A stretch of DNA of 32,000 nucleotides from Halalkalibacterium halodurans (GTDB lineage Bacteria > Bacillota > Bacilli > Bacillales > Bacillaceae_D). The translations under genes were made by a program, and so were the position numbers. The stretch's first letter is position 1. Every line of letters begins with the position of its first letter. The stretch covers positions 2,645-34,644 of the forward strand of contig NZ_SNUY01000044.1 of the NCBI RefSeq assembly GCF_004376175.1. Direction: 5' to 3'. This document shows positions 25,382 through 32,000 of the stretch, piece after piece. Under the pieces are notes generated by a model. That model did no database searches. It was not told the DNA's origin and saw only the letters and a list, made by a program, of their open reading frames with translations.

Positions 25382-27181
25382 TTATTCACAATCGCCAATA
25401 AGCTTCCACACGCCCCACTCACCTGTTGTTCCCGGCTCTTCACCTGTCGTCCACCATTTCGCTTCATACAGCTTCCCTCCATGCTGAACTTGGTCTCCGC
25501 CTGTATACACATTGTTTGCCTGCCATGTCGGAGCAGTACACCCGTCACCGCCAGTTTCAGATTTCGTTGTGACTTGGAGAGCTTGACCCGCATGACGGAT
25601 TCCGTCTTTATGTTCAGCAGAAACGACAAACGTATACGTCGTTTCAGGCTGCAAATCCTCGATCGTAATCGTTGTATGAGTGGTCGTTTTTTCTTTTGAA
25701 TCGTAGGCTACCGAGTATTGCGTTGGCTCTTCGGTCGGTGCCTGCCACGTAAGGGTAACAGTTGTTGACGTAACCTCAGTCGCCTGAATGTTAGTCGGTG
25801 CTAAAGAAGGCTCTTCTGGTTCTTGCCCTTCATCTGGAGTAAAGCCAAGCTGATCCGCTAATGCCGTAAGTAGCGTTCCGTTATGATCACCGCTCACATC
25901 CCAAAACATGGAGCCTGCTAGATTATTAGATTTAATAAAATCGGTCTTGTATCGGAAAGACTCTTCATCATCATAGGTGATAAAGTTACCATTTGTTGCA
26001 TTATATAAGAAAGGAACCTTCGCTACATCGTTCCAATACCGCTGGTAGCCATTCTTGTTAATATAATGATCCTCAAGATCAGAAAAATCGAAGACACCGT
26101 TTTCCCATGTTCCTTCACGCGGAGGAGCGCAGCGCTGATACTCGCCTTGATTGGCCCCATCGCAGTTGCTCCATCCCCTACCGTAAAAAGGCATGCCTAA
26201 TACGAGTTTATGTTCTGGCACCCCAGCTTGTAAGTGCCCTTCAACAGCGCTTTCAACATTAAAATGTTCTGGCGTCGGCAACTCCGTATTTGCAGTAGCT
26301 GGATCATAGTAAAGCGGGGCGTTATGACCGCTAATGTTTTGCCAGCCACCGTTAAAATCATAGGTCATGATGTTGATCCAATCAACAATCTCAGCAATTT
26401 CATTGAGCTTATTGTTTTCCACATATCCAGGGCTAGCACCTGAAGCGATCGTCAATAAATAGTCTTTGCCGTCCTCCTGCCCCGCCTCATCTAATTTGTC
26501 TCGCACCTCTTGTAAGAGCAGGACGTGATTTTCTTTATCCTCTGGACGACGGCTATTTCCGGGAAGACCTCCACTCACTGGATACTCCCAATCAACATCG
26601 ACACCGTCAAACCCGTATTTACGAATAAACTCGACGGCTGAATTCGCGAAGTTTTCTCTCGTCTCTTTCGTTGCCGCCATGTCAGAGAAACGGTTAGACC
26701 ATGTCCACCCACCGACTGAAATTAACGTTTTTAAATGAGGATGCTCCTCTTTTAATTTGTTCAGCTGCTTAAAATTCCCACGAAGTGGCTCGTCCCATGT
26801 ATCACCTGGGTTTGACTTTTGTGCATCAATCTAAGGATCACCCATAACAATCGAACCATTTGGAACATCAATCACTCCATTTTCATCTTGACACGACCAT
26901 GTTTGCGGATTAGGTCCTGCCGGATCTGGATTTCCATGCCTCCCGTCCCAGCAAATATTTGCGAAGGCATAGTTTATATGACTAATCTTAGACGCATCAA
27001 TGTCCCACACTTGGTAATCACGGCCATAAGCTCCCCATGAAGGATAGTAGGCGACAATTTTGTATTGGTCGTCCGACGTTTCAGCTGCACCTACAACCTG
27101 ATCAGCTGGCATCCATGTGACCACTAGTAAAACAGTGACGATCCATATGAGCAGTTTCCCCATTCGTTTACGAAACCTCAT
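25382..27181 (-). pseudogene. GH18 chitinase (signal peptide, GH18 catalytic domain, FnIII, CBM5/12) interrupted by a single in-frame TAG
   Basis: Track ORFs 26831..27181 and 25382..26680 are in the same frame. The translation reads ...[68 protein letters not shown].... The catalytic motif FDGVDVDWEYP lies downstream. The stop (26831..26833) replaces the Trp of the conserved GDPWID block seen in Bacillus ChiA-type enzymes. Confidence 0.85.
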
Positions 27182-27444
27182 TCATCTCTTCCTCCTCATC
27201 AATTTTTATTTGTAGTAACAACATCAAAAATAAAAGTTACTACTAAAATGATCATAAATGTAATAACAAATATGTTCAATATTATTATTAGAATCTTTAG
27301 AAAATAGTTCCCTTTATCTATAAAGAAAATATCTTTTTTACTAGTTTTATTGTTAGATTTGCGAAAACATGCGGTGGTCATTTGTGTGAATTTTGTCCTG
27401 TTATAACCTTTGATGATTCTATTTGATACTTATTTTTTAGAAAA

Positions 27445-27453
27445 TGTTATAAT
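27445..27453 (+). promoter_or_regulatory. Candidate extended -10 element (TGtTATAAT) for the GntR-family gene
   Basis: The sequence tgttataat lies 65 nt upstream of the GTG start. A related palindrome GTTATAAC lies about 40 nt further upstream. Confidence 0.35.
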
Positions 27454-27517
27454 GAACGTGAACAATAATCATACTGATTGATAGTCATTTAATCGACCGA
27501 AAGGAGTCACAGCGGAC

Positions 27518-28264
27518 GTGAATAAAAAAAACATTGATCAATCTCTACACTCCTATGTTAAAAATGAGTTAGTTAACGCCATACAACAAGGGGTTTATCC
27601 AGTTAAATCTCAATTGCCGACAGAGGCTGAACTATGCCAAATGTACGACGTTAGTCGAACAACGATTCGAAATGCATTACAACAACTCGTAATCGATGGC
27701 TATGTAGAGAGAATTCAAGGAAAAGGAACCTTCGTCGCAAGCCGCAGAGTAAAGCAAACGTTATCTGCAACCGAAGGAAATTATAGTGAACAGCTACGCC
27801 TGCAAGGGAAAAAACCGAAAATACAAGTAATTGATTTAACTGTTGTTCCATCTGATGAGCTTTTGTCGGCTATGCTGGAAATTGACGAAAATGAACCTGT
27901 CCACCGCCTTGAACGTATTCGTTATGCAGACGACGCCCCTCTACAATATGAAATTTCTTATTTGCCTTGGCGCAAAACGACTTGGTTAACGAAAGAAGGC
28001 TGTGAACACTCTCTCTATCAATTGCTGCAAAGTCATCCTGATCTATCATTAGCAAAGACGAAAGAGCATTTGCATATCGTCCTCGCTGATGAAGAAGTCG
28101 CTGAAAAGCTATCAATCTCTATTGGAGATCCTTGTATTCAAATTGAAACCCATGCGTACTTAGCGGACGATACAAAAATCGAGTATTCCATTGCTTATTT
28201 TCACGGTGAAAAGGCGAGCTTTACGATCGAACGAAACTACCAAAAACCGACTCAGACGTCATAA
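27518..28264 (+). CDS. GntR-family transcriptional regulator, HutC/NagR subfamily (UTRA effector domain)
   Basis: The N-terminal wHTH is LPTEAELCQMYDVSRTTIRNALQQLVIDGYVERIQGKGTFV, followed by a C-terminal UTRA-like region. It uses a GTG start after AAAGGAG. Confidence 0.85.
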   Translation: MNKKNIDQSLHSYVKNELVNAIQQGVYPVKSQLPTEAELCQMYDVSRTTIRNALQQLVIDGYVERIQGKGTFVASRRVKQTLSATEGNYSEQLRLQGKKPKIQVIDLTVVPSDELLSAMLEIDENEPVHRLERIRYADDAPLQYEISYLPWRKTTWLTKEGCEHSLYQLLQSHPDLSLAKTKEHLHIVLADEEVAEKLSISIGDPCIQIETHAYLADDTKIEYSIAYFHGEKASFTIERNYQKPTQTS

Positions 28265-28282
28265 GTCAGAGTCGGTTTCGTT
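28247..28282. terminator. Bidirectional terminator between the GntR gene and the chbG-like gene
   Basis: An 11 bp stem ccgactcagac / gtcagagtcgg has one A-A mismatch. The regulator stop codon sits in the loop, and A and T runs flank the stem. Confidence 0.6.
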
Positions 28283-28284
28283 GA

Positions 28285-28998
28285 TTATATAAGGGTGACA
28301 TCTTCGGCTAGCTTAATCCTTGTTAAAATTTCAAATTCTTTCAAACGGCCTTCCACATAAGAAGAATGCTGTCTCAACACTTCGTCAATGTATGCTGGAT
28401 GACACATGATTTCTATCGTTCCGTCATACGCTTTAAACTTTTCATAGAGCTCAATGAAATACTTCTCCTTTACACCCTCTCCGTAGAAGCCTGCATCAAT
28501 GACATCAGACCAAAGCCTAACCCCGTTTGGTGGATTTCGAAATCCAGTTCGCACAGGGAGGTCATATTTTTGCGCAAGCCGTTTGATCACGGGAATGATC
28601 GGCTCCCACGTGTGGATGTGGTGATGGCTATCGAGATGAGACGGTGTCATCCCTCGTTTATAAAACTGTTGAATTTGCGCCTCCCACTCAGCTTCCACTT
28701 CTTCTTCGCTCAATCCATGTTCTTTTAATAACGGATATTGGCTCGTAAGGCGAAATTCCCCTTGGGGATTGATTAATGTAGGGCAGTCGGTTGTTATCGG
28801 TGCACCGCAGCTTAACGTTAAATGAACCCCAACCTTTAGCTTAGGATACTTCTCCATTAATTGAAACGCGTGATTAGTTGCGGGCATGTTCGTCAGCATC
28901 GTCGTGGACGTTACGATGCCTAGCTCGTGAGCATCAACAATTCCATAGTTTACGCCACGTGATAATCCGAAATCATCTGCATTGACAATCAGTTTCAC
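28285..28998 (-). CDS. YdjC-family carbohydrate deacetylase (ChbG-like chitooligosaccharide deacetylase)
   Basis: The N-terminus is MKLIVNADDFGLSRGVNYGI, and HLDSHHHIH is a family signature. Confidence 0.8.
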   Translation of the reverse strand: MKLIVNADDFGLSRGVNYGIVDAHELGIVTSTTMLTNMPATNHAFQLMEKYPKLKVGVHLTLSCGAPITTDCPTLINPQGEFRLTSQYPLLKEHGLSEEEVEAEWEAQIQQFYKRGMTPSHLDSHHHIHTWEPIIPVIKRLAQKYDLPVRTGFRNPPNGVRLWSDVIDAGFYGEGVKEKYFIELYEKFKAYDGTIEIMCHPAYIDEVLRQHSSYVEGRLKEFEILTRIKLAEDVTLI

Positions 28999-29168
28999 GG
29001 TGTAGTCCCCCCTCTAAGTTTCCCTCTTATTATACCATAAAATTGTCATTACGTATAAAAAGGGAAATAAAAATAAGTAACTACAATTAATAATTGATTA
29101 GTAATAACAAATATGATATATATGTACTAGAGGAAGCGTTTTCTTTTGTTATTGAAGGAGGAGAAAAA

Positions 29169-30494
29169 ATGTCACTTAAAGTGGTTATCATCGGTGGAGG
29201 TTCCAGCTATACCCCCGAAATTATTGAAGGATTGATCACACGGTATGATCAGATACCTGTTCGTGAAATTGTTCTTGTTGACATCGAAGCTGGGGCAAAA
29301 AAAGTCGCGATTATCGAAGCTCTATCTAGGAGAATGATCGAAAATTCAGGTTATCCGATCCATGTTCACAGCTCATTTGACCTACGGGCATCCTTAGAAG
29401 GCGCAGATTTTGTGACGACACAAATCCGTGTCGGTGGACTGGAAGCAAGGGAAAAGGATGAGCGCATTCCGTTAAAGCACGGATTGATCGGGCAGGAAAC
29501 GAATGGAGCTGGTGGAGTCTTTAAAGCGTTTCGCACAATCCCTGTTTTGCTTGAAATTGCCCAAGCGATTCACGACATTTGTCCCCAAGCTTGGATGATC
29601 AATTTTACTAACCCAGCGGGAATTGTGACAGAGGCCTTACTGCACCATAGTCCACACAAAAAAGTTGTTGGTGTATGCAATATCCCATTTAATATGAGGA
29701 CTGGAATTGCCGAAATGTTTTCCTGCCCTGTCGAACAAGTGGAGATTGAGTTTATTGGCATGAATCATTTTGTGTTCGGAAAAAGGGTGTTTATTCGCGG
29801 CGAAGACCGGACGACCGAAGCATTAGCGAAACTAACGGAAGACAAGGTCGATTACTCTCCAGCAAACATTGTCTCTCTTGGGTGGTCTAAGGCGTTTGTC
29901 ACAGCGCTCCAGCTGCTGCCAAACCCTTATCATTTATATTATTTCCAAACAGAGGAGGTGTTAAAAAAGGATCTCGATGCTTTTAGAAACAATGGAACGA
30001 GGGCTGAAATCGTCAAGCAAGTAGAAGATTCGCTTTTTCTGACGTACCAAAATCCATCATTATCAGAAAAACCGAAAGAGCTTGAGCAGCGCGGTGGCGC
30101 CTACTATAGTGAAGCGGCGTGCAACTTAATGGAAAGTCTCTATACGAACAAACAGGACATTCAGACTGTGAACACACTTAATAACGGAAGTATCCGAGAT
30201 TTACCGGATGATGCGGTCGTTGAGATTAATGCTGTCATTACAAAAGACGGCCCAAGACCGCTTGCGATTGGAAAGATTCCACCACATATTAAAGGGTTAA
30301 TCGGGCACATGAAAACGTTCGAACAGCTTGTTATCAAAGCTGCCCTATCCGGTGATTATTACGACGCTTACAATGCCCTCATCATGAATCCTCTTGTCGC
30401 TGACGAAAAAAAGGCAAAGGTCGTCCTAGACGAATTGCTAGATGCTCATAAAGAGCACTTACCCCAATTTTATCGTAAGGGAGCTGTTATTTAG
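29169..30494 (+). CDS. GH4 6-phospho-beta-glucosidase (CelF/ChbF/LicH type)
   Basis: NAD-binding N-terminus KVVIIGGGSSYTPEII is present with GH4 blocks (NFTNPAGIVTEA, GVCNIP). The ATG at 29169 follows GAAGGAGGAG. The 25-codon upstream extension in the track was rejected. Confidence 0.85.
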   Translation: MSLKVVIIGGGSSYTPEIIEGLITRYDQIPVREIVLVDIEAGAKKVAIIEALSRRMIENSGYPIHVHSSFDLRASLEGADFVTTQIRVGGLEAREKDERIPLKHGLIGQETNGAGGVFKAFRTIPVLLEIAQAIHDICPQAWMINFTNPAGIVTEALLHHSPHKKVVGVCNIPFNMRTGIAEMFSCPVEQVEIEFIGMNHFVFGKRVFIRGEDRTTEALAKLTEDKVDYSPANIVSLGWSKAFVTALQLLPNPYHLYYFQTEEVLKKDLDAFRNNGTRAEIVKQVEDSLFLTYQNPSLSEKPKELEQRGGAYYSEAACNLMESLYTNKQDIQTVNTLNNGSIRDLPDDAVVEINAVITKDGPRPLAIGKIPPHIKGLIGHMKTFEQLVIKAALSGDYYDAYNALIMNPLVADEKKAKVVLDELLDAHKEHLPQFYRKGAVI

Positions 30495-30783
30495 AGCCAC
30501 AGGACAAATTTCTGTAACCCTTGATATTACTGATTCCATTCAATTTGCTACTATAGATGTGTTCCCATACCTTTTTACGTGATCAAGTTCTTTATGTTTT
30601 GTCAAACCTCAATTTTAGCGATTTTTGGCCATAATCAGCCATTTCACCATATCGTCATTCTAGTTATTTACAGGATTTTTATGGAAAACGGAAACTTTGA
30701 TCATTCAGGCAAAAAGAAAAGCCATAATGGTGCTCCTTTGGTAGAATAGAAGTATCTAGCAACTATCACGAAAGGAGTTCATT

Positions 30784-32000
30784 ATGACTACCTCTATCAT
30801 ACCAAAATCTTATTCAAATGTAATCTATCTTCAACCTTCTTTTTCATTTACAGAAGATTCATTTTCTTCTTTACGTCACCTTCCTTATGTTAAATTAGGG
30901 TTGGAGTTTCCTTGGGAGGAGGTGTTCTCTCCCATTGAACAAGAATTTCTCCAAGCACGGTTTGAATATCATTTTAAAAAACGAACTTCAACGGATGCAG
31001 CCCCATCTTCAACAGAATTATTTCCAGATATTCCACAGGACTTGAGCACATTGCCTACGAGATCTGCCAAAGGACGAAAAGGAGTGAACTTTTATGCTTT
31101 ATTAAAAGCTTTCCTCTTGGCTCCACTCCTCTATGTGGAAGTAATGGTTTCCAGTGTACACCTTCAAGTTATTGGGAACTCTGACTTCCGGATGGTCTGT
31201 GGTTTTGATACACGACCATCCTTGAAAACATTTGAACGTTTTGATCAGATCATGATTGAAAACGGACTTTGGGAGAAAGCTCGGCAACTTATGGTGAGCT
31301 ACAATCTTTTTCACGGTATCGTAGGAAAAGAAGAACAACTCGCTGTAGATACCACCCATGTAGATGCGGAAGCCACTGTCCATAAAATGAAGAAATGTAG
31401 CCATTCTGAGCCATGTCATTGCCCAAAGATTCCTACGGATGATAACGTAGGCGTGATGAGAAAAAGCAATACCGTCACGTACATTGCACATAAAATCTCC
31501 TTGGTCTGTGGTGTAGAGTCTGAACTTCCTTTGTCCAGAAGTGTGTTTAAAGGAGACGAACATGATGCAAAAACACTAGAACCCACTTTGGAAAAGGTAA
31601 CGGAAGATCTTCCTGAAGAGTTCCTAAAAACAGTGCAATACGTGAGCGCAGATGGGATTTATCAATCAGCGGACAATCAACAACACACAAAATCCATTCT
31701 TAAAGCAAAGCTATTGGCTCCCATAAATCCACGTAAAATTCAAGATAAAGCACTTGAATCTTGTGGCATGACCAAGCTGGATAGGTATGGTGTTCCTCAT
31801 TGTATTAGTGGCCATAAGTTACAATTGAAAGGGTTGGATGAAGCAAAAGAACACTATGTTTGGACTTGCCCAGTCTTTGATCCAAAATACAAGCAAGAAG
31901 GACTTTCCTGTTCGAATGAACAGCATATTCAATGCTGTAATGGCGCGAAAACTGGTAGAACGCTTCGTATCCATCAATCGATGACACCACAAATTGATAC
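30784..32000 (+). mobile_element. IS5/IS1182-like DDE transposase ORF (405 codons, still open at the window end); IS boundaries not determined
   Basis: The ATG lies 6 nt after AAAGGAG and there is no stop codon through position 32000. An InsH-N/DUF772-like block (FYALLKAFLLAPLLY...SDFRMVCGFDTRPSLKTFERF) is present, with candidate DDE residues in LAVDTTHVDA and YVSADGIYQS. It is absent from the ORF track because it lacks a stop codon. Confidence 0.75.

Noticed and set aside
25382-26680. The track ORF starting MAATKETREN, considered as an independent chitinase gene
   Set aside because: The frame upstream of this Met stays open and encodes conserved GH18 sequence (LISVGGWTWSNRFSD) right back to the TAG at 26831..26833. 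No SD precedes the Met. It is the C-terminal part of the interrupted gene, not a separate gene.
26831-26833. In-frame TAG as programmed recoding (pyrrolysine or readthrough)
   Set aside because: No pyl genes or recoding signals are visible, and Bacillaceae are not known to use them. A simple TGG to TAG nonsense mutation or a base-call error is far more likely.
27199-27381. A 60 aa hydrophobic ORF upstream of the chitinase
   Set aside because: It lies in a very AT-rich divergent promoter region and has no SD. Its composition (I/F/N/K-rich) is what AT-rich non-coding DNA yields when translated.
31102-31563. A 153 aa minus-strand ORF, and the 61 aa ORF at 31805..31990
   Set aside because: Both are antisense to the 405-codon transposase frame, which has an SD and recognisable DDE/InsH-N motifs. 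The antisense translations show no family features.

Overview
The window reads as chromosomal DNA from a spore-forming, probably halotolerant Bacillaceae. From memory of B. subtilis 168 gene order, positions 1 to about 22,050 are collinear with the ygxA-ygzB-perR-bcp-gsaB-ygaE-ygaD-ygaC-sspE-fabL-yfhS ... mutY-yfhP-yfhJ-sspK-yfhH-recX-yfhE-yfhD block. Lineage-specific insertions interrupt it: a PII-like DUF970 protein with a 2-hydroxyacid dehydrogenase; a small K+ channel with an SdpR/SdpI-like pair and a lone XRE regulator; and an aminotransferase, quinone reductase, DUF3139 and SDR set. The last third is accessory. It holds ectABC (ectoine synthesis), a GH18 chitinase split by one in-frame TAG at a conserved Trp codon, a GntR/HutC regulator, a YdjC/ChbG-type deacetylase, a GH4 6-phospho-beta-glucosidase, and an IS5/IS1182-like DDE transposase ORF. 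The transposase ORF runs off the window end and is missing from the ORF track. Several real-looking genes under 60 aa (sspK, YfhD-like, YfhE-like) are also missing from the track. I found no convincing new multi-gene system: no CRISPR array, no defence-like cluster and no clear toxin-antitoxin pair. The least explained sequence is the roughly 400 nt recX-GNAT intergenic region. It contains a tRNA-like element with a canonical T-arm but a truncated anticodon arm, followed by two mutually exclusive hairpins, one of which would sequester the GNAT ribosome-binding site. Other items worth checking are the amber-interrupted chitinase in a chitobiose locus that has no transporter and abuts an IS, a 1-nt homopolymer frameshift in a DUF3139 gene, a perfect 22 bp tandem duplication, and a 9-6-9 inverted repeat upstream of the SdpR-like repressor. 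All protein calls rest on motif and sequence recognition by eye and on remembered synteny; no database search was run.
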